A stretch of DNA of 64,000 nucleotides from an uncultured virus (IMG/VR IMGVR_UViG_3300037067_009054) (IMGVR_UViG_3300037067_009054); one strand, 5' to 3'; positions 38,106 through 48,020 are shown, numbered from the stretch's first letter. The notes: generated from the letters alone by a model not told the origin. A program made the numbers and translations.

Positions 38106-38576
38106 ATGGCAGATGAAGACATTCTCACAGAAGAATTGGATGCTGGTATTATCGATACCAGTGGTGGCATACGATCCACGTCTGGCGATTTCTCGCTTGG
38201 TACAATCAATGTAGGCACCGAACCTGTTGTAACTACTCCCGATCTTACAACACCTTCTCTCGTTGTCGAGGAGACCGTTGAAACTACGCCCGGTGTCGCT
38301 GCCAAGCCTTCTGGTTACACTGCTCCTGCTTCTGATTCTGAAGTTACTCTTGCTCAGGTTGCTCAGGTTCGCGCTCAGTTTATTAATGGTTGCCAGAGCT
38401 TTACATCTATCGTTGATGCCACCCAGCTCCCTAGAGAAATAGTGGCTGCTTGCATCCAGTATCTTAAAAAATATGAAGGTCTTGTCACTGGTAATAATTT
38501 CTATTGCACTATGGACAACCTTGCTGCCCTTCAGTCCCAATTGACTCTCTGCCAAAAATGTTGTTCTTCTAAGTGA
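38106..38576 (+). CDS. Acidic protein with C-terminal wHTH-like and Cys motif
   Basis: IVDATQLPREIV..CIQYL; CQKCC. Confidence 0.6.
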   Translation: MADEDILTEELDAGIIDTSGGIRSTSGDFSLGTINVGTEPVVTTPDLTTPSLVVEETVETTPGVAAKPSGYTAPASDSEVTLAQVAQVRAQFINGCQSFTSIVDATQLPREIVAACIQYLKKYEGLVTGNNFYCTMDNLAALQSQLTLCQKCCSSK

Positions 38577-38595
38577 TCGCGCTTCGCGCGATCAC
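38573..38595. repeat. Hairpin containing both convergent stop codons
   Basis: gtgatcgcgc-ttc-gcgcgatcac. Confidence 0.9.
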
Positions 38596-39002
38596 CATTC
38601 CATATCAATCAGTAATTTTCCACATACACCGCATCTTGGCTTTTCTATTTTGTCTATTATCTTATTTATGTCATTTCTTATGTGTATTAATTCTGCTAAT
38701 GCGTAATCACTGTCTCGTACTCTCCTGTATATTGCTTCTATACTTACGTAAACTCCCCTGGATCTTCCTTTTATTTCTACAGTCTTTCTTTCTGGTGCAT
38801 CCATTGCATCTAATATGTATTTTTCTCCTTTCTTTATTCTTTCTTCGTGCATTTCTCCTTTTTTTATCGTTGCTGCTGTTTCTGCGTGATTATCATTTCC
38901 TTCTACTGCTATTACTAGCATTTTACATGTTTCATTTTTTCTTGGTTTCAATGTTCTTATTTTTCTTCCTTTGAAATTCATCGCTACTGTCCTGTCTGTC
39001 AT
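38592..39002 (-). CDS. Hypothetical protein
   Basis: C-terminal CGVCG. Confidence 0.65.
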   Translation of the reverse strand: MTDRTVAMNFKGRKIRTLKPRKNETCKMLVIAVEGNDNHAETAATIKKGEMHEERIKKGEKYILDAMDAPERKTVEIKGRSRGVYVSIEAIYRRVRDSDYALAELIHIRNDINKIIDKIEKPRCGVCGKLLIDMEW

Positions 39003-39005
39003 TTT

Positions 39006-39353
39006 TTAATACTCCTTTACATCTCCGAATGGGTCCATAAATAACACCAATGCTCTTTCTTCTTTCTCATTCAAGCATGTTATTAGTTCTCCTTCCATCA
39101 TTGCTTGAATGTCTTCTATCGTCATCGGCTCGCTGTGTTTTTTTGTTCTTCCTTTGTTTATGTATTTCCTTATTTCGTATCCTATTCCCCTTTCTCTTGC
39201 AGTTTCACTTATTATAAATTCGCTCCTGTGCTCTTCACTGCAAAAATAGTGAGATTGGCTTATTGGTTTTTCTATACCAAATCCTATACATGCTTTATTC
39301 ATCGCACTCGTTGTTCCACAGAATTCGCATATCACCATTGCATTTTCTTTCAT
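39006..39353 (-). CDS. TRASH/YHS-like Zn-binding protein
   Basis: CEFCG...YFCSEEH. Confidence 0.6.
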   Translation of the reverse strand: MKENAMVICEFCGTTSAMNKACIGFGIEKPISQSHYFCSEEHRSEFIISETARERGIGYEIRKYINKGRTKKHSEPMTIEDIQAMMEGELITCLNEKEERALVLFMDPFGDVKEY

Positions 39354-39359
39354 CTATAT

Positions 39360-39836
39360 CTAGTCCATTGCGTCTGAATATTCTTCATTAGTTACAATGT
39401 ATCCGTGCTTCTCTATGTCATATATTGCCTTTTTCATTTCTCTCGTTGCTTCTACCAGTCCTCTTCTGTGTTCACTTGTAATTATTACTTCTGTGTCTAT
39501 TACTGACGCATCTGGTTTTAGTTCTCCACTCACTGGTTCATCGAATGTTACGCAACTTCCTCCTATACACATTGGTATCATTGCTCTATGTCTTTCGTTA
39601 CATTCGTTATTTACTATATTTATTAGTCTTTTCCATGCATCGTCTAGTTTTATGTATATCTTATGATCCACTAGTATAAATTTATCTACCGTTTTATTGT
39701 ATCTTATCGTCGCTAATGCATCCATCCCCGTGTGTGTGTCTAGTAGATGCACATCAATGTCTCGTCCGAATCTATTCATTATTGTTAATATACAGTCATC
39801 GAACTTTATTCCGCTTTCTCTGCTAATGTCAATCAT
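39360..39836 (-). CDS. Hypothetical protein
   Basis: GGGGTGA RBS; operon tiling. Confidence 0.65.
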   Translation of the reverse strand: MIDISRESGIKFDDCILTIMNRFGRDIDVHLLDTHTGMDALATIRYNKTVDKFILVDHKIYIKLDDAWKRLINIVNNECNERHRAMIPMCIGGSCVTFDEPVSGELKPDASVIDTEVIITSEHRRGLVEATREMKKAIYDIEKHGYIVTNEEYSDAMD

Positions 39837-39841
39837 TTATT

Positions 39842-40207
39842 TCACCCCAGTAAGTGATACTCTATTTCCACATGTACTTTTCCTTCTACTACGATTCCTA
39901 ATACGTGCTTTCCTTCTACCACTGCCACTGCTTGATCGTCCATTTCTTCTCTTTCCATTTCTTTTTGTCCTTTGTACAAATTTATTCTAAATATGTCTCC
40001 TTTTTCTAGCTCAAGTGCTTTCATGCCGCTTAGTATCATTTTTCCCGCTGTGTTAATTGGTTCTATCTGGTCGAACTCCGGCGATCTCTCTACGTAGCAT
40101 CGTTCCAGTTTCATCATAAAATCGTCCCATGTTTGTTCATATCGCAGTGCGTTAAGCCGTTTCTTCGTTTCCGGCCTTATAGATATTCCGGTCTGTTCTT
40201 GCTTCAT
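39842..40207 (-). CDS. RHH/CopG-like DNA-binding protein
   Basis: TGISIRPETKKRL....TWDDFM.KL. Confidence 0.65.
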   Translation of the reverse strand: MKQEQTGISIRPETKKRLNALRYEQTWDDFMMKLERCYVERSPEFDQIEPINTAGKMILSGMKALELEKGDIFRINLYKGQKEMEREEMDDQAVAVVEGKHVLGIVVEGKVHVEIEYHLLG

Positions 40208-40274
40208 AATATTAAGTACTATTACTTAATAGTATAAAAAAGTATTGCTCTCGTTACTCGTTTCCAAAAACATT

Positions 40275-40298
40275 TAATCGGCCCATAAGGGCCGATTA
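40275..40298. repeat. Intergenic hairpin (AATCGG family)
   Basis: taatcggccc-ataa-gggccgatta. Confidence 0.9.
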
Positions 40299-40580
40299 GA
40301 ATATGCTCACCAATGGTTTTGGTTCTTCCATCATCCATTCATATGTCGTGTTTGGTAAACTCGACATATCGTCTACTCCCTGTATTATATGTGTTTCTCT
40401 TATCTTTGTTACATTTCCGTCTTTTGCTATTAGATCAAATACTGAACTATTTGCTCTTGATAAACTCACAAGTACTGGATTTGTCTTGTTCTTCTCTATC
40501 GCTGATATCAGATCAGTTGCTCCAACAACCAATGTCATCATCGCGATCGTTATCGCGATGATTATCATTTTCTTTATCAC
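40296..40580 (-). CDS. Small secreted protein
   Basis: Start moved to GTG 40580; KKMIIIAITIAMMTLVVGA signal peptide. Confidence 0.6.
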   Translation of the reverse strand: MIKKMIIIAITIAMMTLVVGATDLISAIEKNKTNPVLVSLSRANSSVFDLIAKDGNVTKIRETHIIQGVDDMSSLPNTTYEWMMEEPKPLVSIF

Positions 40581-41017
40581 GTTCCCACCTTTACTATTGG
40601 TCTTCCTGCGTGGTATTCTCCGCATTCCGGGTCTATACCCAGTGTCTTCATGTATGTGTACTTGTCCATTGCTTTTGCTCCGGTTCCTGGTTTGTACATC
40701 GTTGTTCCGTGGACATCTATATGTCCCGCTGGTAGGTTCGCTACTGGTACTGTCTCCGGCAGTAGTGGTACACAGTCGCACCAATCTTCGTTCTCTTCAT
40801 TCTTTTCTACAATGAATTCTTCAAATAGTGTCATGTCGTCTGGAATCTCGTCCGGCAGTACCATTACGTGGCAACATATCGGGCAACCAGCTACTGCCTT
40901 TCCATCGAACATCTTTCTTCGCATTATTGCTCTCTTTACTTTACCGACATCTATTACAATGTCTTTATCGCATCCCGGATTTGGGCATATTGTTTTTATC
41001 TCTTTAATTTCGCTCAT
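40577..41017 (-). CDS. Cys-rich Zn-binding protein
   Basis: CPNPGC, CPICC, CDC. Confidence 0.7.
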   Translation of the reverse strand: MSEIKEIKTICPNPGCDKDIVIDVGKVKRAIMRRKMFDGKAVAGCPICCHVMVLPDEIPDDMTLFEEFIVEKNEENEDWCDCVPLLPETVPVANLPAGHIDVHGTTMYKPGTGAKAMDKYTYMKTLGIDPECGEYHAGRPIVKVGT

Positions 41018-41123
41018 TCTTTATCACCTATCCATATCTTCTTGTCGTCTAAGTTAATCGCGCTTATCTTATTTATCTTTCTTTTCCTCTGTTCATCTCC
41101 GTATATTCGCGCATCTAATTTAT

Positions 41124-41306
41124 TTACTGTATTCCTTCGTTCCTTGGTATCTTTTGTGGGTGCGTTTCCATCCACGGCTTTATTCCAGGCCCATCTCTCA
41201 TCACTGCTGACATTGTTGTTCCTTCTTTTATGCACCTCGAATGGAATTCTTTTGCGTATTCTTCGTCTAGGTGTACTGCCACCTGGATTGTTTTGATTTT
41301 AGTCAT
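41124..41306 (-). CDS. Ribbon-helix-helix regulator
   Basis: IQVAVHLDEE...F...C..EGTTMSAVMR. Confidence 0.65.
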   Translation of the reverse strand: MTKIKTIQVAVHLDEEYAKEFHSRCIKEGTTMSAVMRDGPGIKPWMETHPQKIPRNEGIQ

Positions 41307-41361
41307 ACTACCATCTTTACTTCATTATTGCTATTTAGCTTTATCTCTTTCTGTCTGTGTC

Positions 41362-41370
41362 TTTTATATA
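41362..41370 (+). promoter_or_regulatory. TATA box
   Basis: TTTTATATA upstream of GGAGG RBS and GTG 41407. Confidence 0.55.
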
Positions 41371-41406
41371 TCAATCCCACTGGTGTTCGTATTGGAGGTT
41401 AAAACT

Positions 41407-42627
41407 GTGGGCTATATTGTTGAACCGTGGGACTATAATTTCGATTTCGCTACCACTGGTCTAGCTGCTGGCTCCAACACTCGCGTTGGTCAGCAGGCCG
41501 CTTACAAGTGGACCGCAGAAGGATACAATACTACAACTCCGCCAGGTATGCCTTCTGAAGGTTTTGGTGAGATTGCCGGAATCGAGGTTTTCCCAGGAAT
41601 CGTTAATGGAAAATGGGAACATGCCGATTACATTAGGTTGTACATCGGTGGTATCGCATATGATTGGCAGAGCTTTAATGAGCTAATGGCACCCGGTCTT
41701 GCTGCTCGTCAGCCTGATCCGCTCGGAGCTGTCGGTCTTAGACATGGAATCATGGCAACTAACTTCGGAACTCCCATGTTGATGGGTGGATCTCCTCTTG
41801 AGTGTTGCCCGAAGGTTCCTCCAAATAAGGCAGTCGAGGTCGAGATTGCTGCTGCACCCGCTGATGAAGGTGGTGCGTCTGGTGGTCTTACTAAACCCTG
41901 GACCGTTCGTGTTTGGGTAGCTAAGTGTCTCGGCATTAAGAATCTCGTTGACACTCTCAAGTTCCAGTCCTTGTATACTAACCAGGGCTATTTCAATGGT
42001 CAGGATATTGATGTTTCCTTTGACCTTGGCGATCTTGAGACTGCTGAGATCATGCCTCTTAGAACTAAGATTGGTGGCAATCCAATTAGGAAAGTAATTG
42101 CCGGGTTCAATCCTGTAAATGACTGGGGCAAGCTCCCTGGTGGAATGGAACAGCTCAATCCCAAGATGACTAGGTACTGGATCTATGCCAAGCAGATGGA
42201 AGATACCAGCGTCAATGAGCAGTATCAGTTCACCATGAATGGTCAGTATGTTCATGACAAGTGGGGAGAGCTTACGTGGAATTACGATAGGAAGGACGCG
42301 CTCAAGATTACCCATCTCGGCTTTAAGCAGCCAGCAGTTGGGACCATCAAGAATCTCATCATCGAGCGTTCTAATAGGTCTATCAAACAGGTCTATGATG
42401 TCCAGCCTGCCAAGAATCCATTCGGAATGCCTCGGTATAGAGATGCCACTAGTATCTCTCACTTCGGTCCTGCCAAACTCGCCAAGCCTATCACGTTCTG
42501 GAATGAGAATGCCAGTATCGAGATGAAGGACAATGGTACTGCTGTCGATGGTTATTCGTCTAACAATGACGATTCCACGATGATCATAATTGGTGGTATC
42601 AAATACGAACTCGGAGAGGTGATTTAA
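41407..42627 (+). CDS. 406-aa beta-rich protein, candidate jelly-roll capsid protein
   Basis: Start moved to GTG 41407; Gly/Pro-rich, alternating beta-strand patterns in two halves; function inferred. Confidence 0.55.
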   Translation: MGYIVEPWDYNFDFATTGLAAGSNTRVGQQAAYKWTAEGYNTTTPPGMPSEGFGEIAGIEVFPGIVNGKWEHADYIRLYIGGIAYDWQSFNELMAPGLAARQPDPLGAVGLRHGIMATNFGTPMLMGGSPLECCPKVPPNKAVEVEIAAAPADEGGASGGLTKPWTVRVWVAKCLGIKNLVDTLKFQSLYTNQGYFNGQDIDVSFDLGDLETAEIMPLRTKIGGNPIRKVIAGFNPVNDWGKLPGGMEQLNPKMTRYWIYAKQMEDTSVNEQYQFTMNGQYVHDKWGELTWNYDRKDALKITHLGFKQPAVGTIKNLIIERSNRSIKQVYDVQPAKNPFGMPRYRDATSISHFGPAKLAKPITFWNENASIEMKDNGTAVDGYSSNNDDSTMIIIGGIKYELGEVI

Positions 42628-43035
42628 ATGGTAATGTATGAGTGGGATGTATCCTCTCTCACGTCAAATACCACATATTCTGATACAGATGGTGCGCCCG
42701 GTGTCTTCGCTGGCACTCTCAACGGCGTTGCTGGATTCTTTATCAGAATACCCGACAAAGCGCCTGCTATTGGCGATGTTACAACGTCTGCATCAACTCT
42801 GTGGGGAGCTGGTCCAGGCCCCGAAGGTCTGTACTATGGCTACATCAGCTCTACTCTTCACAAAGTAGGTATGATGATCTGGGGCGTTGCTACCATTGCT
42901 GGGTTCCAGCGCGGCGGTAGATGGCTTCAGGTTACTAAATCGGCCATCCCTGCCATGCTCAGGACTAGCAACAATCGTAAGCGCCTGTGTCTCGTCTATA
43001 AAGGCGTCAACGAGAATGTCCCGTTGACTGCTTAA
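42628..43035 (+). CDS. Beta-rich probable virion protein
   Basis: GAGGTGA RBS, abuts candidate capsid gene. Confidence 0.65.
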   Translation: MVMYEWDVSSLTSNTTYSDTDGAPGVFAGTLNGVAGFFIRIPDKAPAIGDVTTSASTLWGAGPGPEGLYYGYISSTLHKVGMMIWGVATIAGFQRGGRWLQVTKSAIPAMLRTSNNRKRLCLVYKGVNENVPLTA

Positions 43036-43039
43036 ACCA

Positions 43040-43068
43040 TAATTTCCAGGCTTCGGGCCTGGAAATTA
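43040..43068. repeat. Hairpin at convergent junction
   Basis: taatttccaggc-ttcgg-gcctggaaatta. Confidence 0.85.
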
Positions 43069-43548
43069 AATTCTTTTTCTTAAAAATTTGGCTGGGTTTC
43101 CGGCGTATACTGCGTATGGTTCTATGTTTTTTGTTACTACCGATCCTGCTCCTACTATTGCATATCCTCCTACTGTCACTCCTGGGAGTATTATCGATCC
43201 CATTCCTACATCCGCCCCTGTTTCTATTTTTACTTCTTCAAATTCCAATTCTGTTAACATCACTGGCTTTGATATATCGTCTCCTTTGTGCTGTGATGTT
43301 AATATTTTCACGAATGGCCCTATTCCTACCATGCTTTCTATTGTTATTCCGCCAGCTCCGTGCAAATAACATCCTTCTCCTATCCACGATCCCCGTCCTA
43401 TTTCTATTCCTTTTCCGTTGTATCCATTCAGTATTGCGTTTCTTCTTATTTCCACGTTACACCGTAGTCTTATGTTTTGTGCATTCATTAGCACTGTTCC
43501 TTCTCCTATTTTTACTCCATCTCCTCTGAATCCTAGTTCCTCATCCAT
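43066..43548 (-). CDS. Hexapeptide-repeat (LbH) sugar acetyltransferase
   Basis: VKIGEG, IEIGRG, ILPGVTVG..AIVGAGSVVTK, AGNPAK. Confidence 0.9.
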   Translation of the reverse strand: MDEELGFRGDGVKIGEGTVLMNAQNIRLRCNVEIRRNAILNGYNGKGIEIGRGSWIGEGCYLHGAGGITIESMVGIGPFVKILTSQHKGDDISKPVMLTELEFEEVKIETGADVGMGSIILPGVTVGGYAIVGAGSVVTKNIEPYAVYAGNPAKFLRKRI

Positions 43549-44473
43549 ATATTGCTCTCCTCATTGCTTTACACAGTGGTATCTTTGGTTCCCATCCCAA
43601 CTCTTTTTTTGCTTTGTTGTTGTTTCCTAAGTGTCGTACTACGTCTCCTATTCTTTCTTCACTGAATTCGTACTCACCTTCATATCCTAGATAACCTGAT
43701 ATTATGTCCATTACTCTCATTATGGACGTTTCCTTACTCGAACACAAGTTATATATTTCTCCCCGTTTTCCTTTCTTGCTTGCTGTAATTGCACCTTCTA
43801 CTATATCTTCTACTGCCGTGAAATCCCTTGTATTCAATCCATCGCCGTATATTATCGGCCCCTTCCCTTCTTTTATCCTTCTAACTGTCTTTGGAATCAC
43901 TGCTGCATATGCTGCATCGTTTTGTCTCGGTCCTATTGTATTGAAGGGTCTCACTATTACTGCATCTATTCCATAAGTCTTTACATAGCTCCCTACTAGA
44001 TGGTCACATGCTACTTTCGCTGCTGCATAAGGCGTTGTCGGATGAAGAACGTGTTCTTCGTCCATCATATCATCTTCAGCCGTTCCATATACTTCCGAGC
44101 TTGAGAAGTGAATTAGTTTAGTGTCTGTCGTTCTCACCAGTTCTAAAATGTTGATTGTTATCTCAGTGTTTGTTATGAAATTCTCTACTGGTAGTACTAG
44201 TGAATGTGGTAGTGGTTTTACTGCTAGATTGAAAATCGTTTCTGGTTCGAATCTTTTAATGTCTCCCATATGTCTCTTTTCTCTGCAATCTCCGTACTTT
44301 CCCAATGTTAGATGTGCTTTTTCTGGTATCTCGTTTTCTATCATCCAATCTGGCATTTCCCCACTGTGTATACTTAGGTCGTCCATTCCTAAGCACTCAT
44401 CTCCATCTTTTATAAGTGCTTCAAGCAGGTGTCCTCCTATGAAACCTGCCGCCCCTGTTATTACTGTACGCAT
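43541..44473 (-). CDS. NAD-dependent nucleotide-sugar epimerase/dehydratase
   Basis: ITGAAGFIG, SSSEVYG, YAAAK, RPFNTIGPRQ. Confidence 0.92.
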   Translation of the reverse strand: MRTVITGAAGFIGGHLLEALIKDGDECLGMDDLSIHSGEMPDWMIENEIPEKAHLTLGKYGDCREKRHMGDIKRFEPETIFNLAVKPLPHSLVLPVENFITNTEITINILELVRTTDTKLIHFSSSEVYGTAEDDMMDEEHVLHPTTPYAAAKVACDHLVGSYVKTYGIDAVIVRPFNTIGPRQNDAAYAAVIPKTVRRIKEGKGPIIYGDGLNTRDFTAVEDIVEGAITASKKGKRGEIYNLCSSKETSIMRVMDIISGYLGYEGEYEFSEERIGDVVRHLGNNNKAKKELGWEPKIPLCKAMRRAIYG

Positions 44474-45534
44474 GTTTTCAGCCCTTCCACCACTTCTATT
44501 ACTTGCTCTGCTGTCATTCCTGCCCAAATTGGTAGTGCCAATGTTGTTCTCGCTAGTTCTGCTGATACTTTACAATTCCCGTTTGAGTTGTCATATGATC
44601 CCACTTGGCACTCAATTCCCATTTCTCTCATTTTTCTTATCACTTCGTTTCTATTTATTTCATTTTTCAATCTTACTACATAAGATTGATTGTTTCTTCC
44701 TCCTCCGTTATCTGGCGTTCTTACCTTTTCCCCTAGTTCTGCTCTTATTGTTATGTTATACGTTGCATTTATAATGTCTCTTTGTTTCAGTATATGATAT
44801 ATCTTCCCCATCTGAGCTATTCCTATTGCTGCTTGAATGTCTGACATCTTGAAGTTCATTCCGTTTCCTATGAACTTCCCGTCTTTGTTTTTCCCGAATT
44901 GTCTTCCTGTTGATACTGCTTCGTATATTTCTTCATCATCTGTTACTACCATTCCTCCTTCTCCTGTAGTTATGATCTTTCTACCGTGGAAACTAAATAC
45001 GGCTGTTCCTCTTCTTCCTATCTTCTCTCCCATGTATTCTGATCCTAATGCACATGCTGCATCTTCTAGTACATGTGTTTCATTTTCTCTCGCACATCTT
45101 CTTATTTTCCCCATTTCGCATGGCAGTCCGAATTGGTGTATAGGTACTATCATAGAGCTTATTCCCAATTTGTCTAGCTCATGTGTATCTAAATTATATG
45201 TATTCTTGTCCACATCTATCATTTGTATGAATGGTGAACTGGGTAGTTCCACGTATTCTCGTATTTTGTTTATAGCAGGGAATGTGAATGCTGGCACTAT
45301 CCAGTTTCTATTGTATCTCATTCCTTCCATTTCTAGTGATGTTAGATATAATCCAGCAGTGCATGAACTTACCGCTACTGCATATTTTGCTCCTACATAC
45401 CTTCTTACCACCTCTTCGAATTCTTCTACTACTTTTCCCTGTGAAACCATTCCAGAATTTAATACTTCTTTTACTTCCTGATTTTCGCTTTCATCAAAAA
45501 AAGGTTTTGCTAAAGGTATTCTCATTCTCATCAT
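44461..45534 (-). CDS. DegT/DnrJ/EryC1/StrS PLP-dependent sugar aminotransferase
   Basis: AVSSCTAGL, EDAACALG, FSFHGRKIITTGEGG, NFKMSDIQAA. Confidence 0.92.
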   Translation of the reverse strand: MMRMRIPLAKPFFDESENQEVKEVLNSGMVSQGKVVEEFEEVVRRYVGAKYAVAVSSCTAGLYLTSLEMEGMRYNRNWIVPAFTFPAINKIREYVELPSSPFIQMIDVDKNTYNLDTHELDKLGISSMIVPIHQFGLPCEMGKIRRCARENETHVLEDAACALGSEYMGEKIGRRGTAVFSFHGRKIITTGEGGMVVTDDEEIYEAVSTGRQFGKNKDGKFIGNGMNFKMSDIQAAIGIAQMGKIYHILKQRDIINATYNITIRAELGEKVRTPDNGGGRNNQSYVVRLKNEINRNEVIRKMREMGIECQVGSYDNSNGNCKVSAELARTTLALPIWAGMTAEQVIEVVEGLKTCVQ

Positions 45535-46454
45535 CTCGTCATCACCCACTCTATGTAAGCTTCCCATTTCCTTATCTGCGTTTCTGCTCCGAAGTGTTTT
45601 CTTACCCACTCAATGTTTCTTTCTTCTTCGTCTCTATCAAACCCCATGAATTCCACGTTTCTTATTACATCTCCTACCACATCGGCTATGTTCTGTTCAT
45701 ATGTTGTTATCATCGGTAAATCTGAATGTAGTGCATAGTCCCAAGGCGTTATGTTGCTTATTACTTTTTGTCCTAGTATCAAACCTTCTAGGCAATTCAT
45801 TCCATAACTCTCGTCTCCTGTAGAGTTCAGTAATATGTGGCACATTTTCTTCTGTCTAAGTGCATCTTCCCATGATTTTCCTGTTATCCTCTCATATCGC
45901 ACATTTGGAAATTCCCTCGCAAGTATTTCCTCAAAAATCTCCGTTCCCTTTCTTTCTGTCTTTGTCGGGGCGTGACATATCGTTAGTTCGTTGTTCTTTT
46001 CTATTCCCTTTGTTATCTCTAATATCTCATCAACCGGTATTATCACGTTCTCGAATGGTGCTCCTGCTATCCGTGCTGCTATCGTTGGGTCTGATAGTGG
46101 TGGTAAAACTGCCCATCCTTCCATCTGCATTGTTTTTAATATGTCCATGTACTCTCTCATCATGCTACCTAGGCCGTTTATTATTGAATTGCCGTGTCCT
46201 GCCAATTTGTCTAGGTCTAGTCCTTCCATGTCCAGTAGCATATCTTGGAATATTAGCATATCAGCAGTTTTCACAAACTCTCTTGCCTCTTCTCCGTTCT
46301 CTCCCAGTGTCCAGTCTTCTTTATCTTCATAACCCAAATATGTTTTTGTCTTTACTATACTCTTAGCTTCCCACCCCAAGTAATTTCTCATTGCTTTTGC
46401 TAGTAACCTATGTTGCTGTCCGGAGTCTGATATTGCCATCAATGCTACTCTCAT
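45531..46454 (-). CDS. Glycosyltransferase (GT-B-like)
   Basis: ICHAPT...KGT, YGMNCLEGL..G..VIS. Confidence 0.75.
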   Translation of the reverse strand: MRVALMAISDSGQQHRLLAKAMRNYLGWEAKSIVKTKTYLGYEDKEDWTLGENGEEAREFVKTADMLIFQDMLLDMEGLDLDKLAGHGNSIINGLGSMMREYMDILKTMQMEGWAVLPPLSDPTIAARIAGAPFENVIIPVDEILEITKGIEKNNELTICHAPTKTERKGTEIFEEILAREFPNVRYERITGKSWEDALRQKKMCHILLNSTGDESYGMNCLEGLILGQKVISNITPWDYALHSDLPMITTYEQNIADVVGDVIRNVEFMGFDRDEEERNIEWVRKHFGAETQIRKWEAYIEWVMTR

Positions 46455-47422
46455 ACTATACCCTCTTCTTCTAGTGCTGCTACCATTTTATCGTATGATG
46501 ACTTTAATGAATATTCATCACATGCTATTCTTCCACTCTCTGCTTTACTATTTCTTGCTTCTTCACTGTCTAGTAATATTCTTACACGTTCTTCAATTCC
46601 ACCACTGTTCCACGGTTCCACCGCCAGTTCTGGCCATATTTTTCTCATTGCTTCTATCGTGTTTGATCCTACCGTTGGCACTCCCAGTGCAGCAGCATCT
46701 ACTACTCCTCTTCCATATGTGTTGTCGTATGTCATGTCCACGTTTATTAGTGACTTTGCCATGTACTGTAAGTATTTCCTGTAGTCAATCGTTCCTATTA
46801 TTTCAGTGAACATGCTATTTATTGGTACTTCCCTTCTTCCACCTTCCTTTGTTGAGTAATTCATCAGTATTACATCTAGTCCGTATTCTTTTCCTATCTC
46901 GTCAAGTGCATAGAAATATTCGCACCATGTGTTGTTGTATCTGTGGTACTGTGCTGTTATCGTTGGTGTTCTTTCAAGTTTCATCATTTGCTTGATGCTA
47001 TCCGTGTCCAATGGGTGTGGTATTACTTTTATTTCCCTTCCCAGCCACTTACTTAGTATTCTTGCTCCTCTCGATTCTACGTGGAATATGAAATCTGCTT
47101 TTTTCAGTTGGTCCCTCATCACAAATGGGTCCATTGTGTTCCACATCATCGTCCCGTAGTCTATATTCACTATTATCTTCGTGTCTGAATTCTCTCCTAG
47201 TATCTCTCTTATTGCAGATGTGTATGTTGCATTTGCAGGCGCGAAATTTATGTGAACAATGTCGTGCTCCTCTAATCTGTCCCTTGAAATGCTTGCATCT
47301 ATTGCTCCATGTAACCCGAATTCTTCAAATGCATGTGCCCACTGGAACAGTCCTGGTTGAAAAAGTCTCATGTCCTTTTCCGGTCGTCCTCCGAACAATT
47401 TGTATCCTAGTTTTTTAGTCAT
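46451..47422 (-). CDS. Glycosyltransferase (GT4-like)
   Basis: VIPHPLD, TYGRGVVDAAALGVPTVGS. Confidence 0.8.
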   Translation of the reverse strand: MTKKLGYKLFGGRPEKDMRLFQPGLFQWAHAFEEFGLHGAIDASISRDRLEEHDIVHINFAPANATYTSAIREILGENSDTKIIVNIDYGTMMWNTMDPFVMRDQLKKADFIFHVESRGARILSKWLGREIKVIPHPLDTDSIKQMMKLERTPTITAQYHRYNNTWCEYFYALDEIGKEYGLDVILMNYSTKEGGRREVPINSMFTEIIGTIDYRKYLQYMAKSLINVDMTYDNTYGRGVVDAAALGVPTVGSNTIEAMRKIWPELAVEPWNSGGIEERVRILLDSEEARNSKAESGRIACDEYSLKSSYDKMVAALEEEGIV

Positions 47423-47679
47423 TTCTCATCCTTCCTTACATGGAAAACTATTATCGGTTCATCTTTCAGCCACTTCAAGTTCCTGTAGTTCGACTTTATT
47501 GTTCTCTCGAATTCTTCTCCTGCTTCTGATGCCCTTTCTATTCTTACTGTTTCTGTTCTCCCGTTTTCATCCGTAAGCTCCATCGTGTCTTTCCCATCAA
47601 ACTGTCTGAATTCCATAGTTTTCTTGCCAGCAAGTATCTCGTCGAGATACTTGCTGTTTATCTTAGCTGCTAATTTCAT
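47419..47679 (-). CDS. ASCH domain protein
   Basis: KINSKYLDEILAGKKTMEFR; start moved to ATG 47679. Confidence 0.8.
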   Translation of the reverse strand: MKLAAKINSKYLDEILAGKKTMEFRQFDGKDTMELTDENGRTETVRIERASEAGEEFERTIKSNYRNLKWLKDEPIIVFHVRKDEK

Positions 47680-47681
47680 TC

Positions 47682-48020
47682 TTAGATCACCAGAGTTACT
47701 ATCCTGTCGTTCTTTTCTCTTGGGTTTGCTTTCATTATTTCCCCTAGCCTTCTTCCTGCTTCTTCTATTGCTGGTATAATTATTCCTGTCCATACTGGCC
47801 TATTGATCATGTCTCCTTCTCTTATTTCGTAGAATTCTTCTTCTCCTTCTCTGTTGCATGTTCCTATCCATACAGTTCCATCATCTGCCTTTGCCATCGT
47901 TGGCGTTCCTCCCAGGTACTCTATAGGCAGATCGCTCCATCTTCTTATTCCGTCCAGTTTCAGTATTTTTATGTCCAGTGCCGATGCTTTATCGTCGTAC
48001 CTTATCAACATTTTACTCAC
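47682..48020 (-). CDS. Hypothetical protein
   Basis: Operon tiling. Confidence 0.6.
   Translation of the reverse strand: MSKMLIRYDDKASALDIKILKLDGIRRWSDLPIEYLGGTPTMAKADDGTVWIGTCNREGEEEFYEIREGDMINRPVWTGIIIPAIEEAGRRLGEIMKANPREKNDRIVTLVI

Noticed and set aside
41683..42462. 259-aa minus-strand ORF (also 28844-29491)
   Set aside because: Antisense to better-supported plus-strand genes with RBS and promoter
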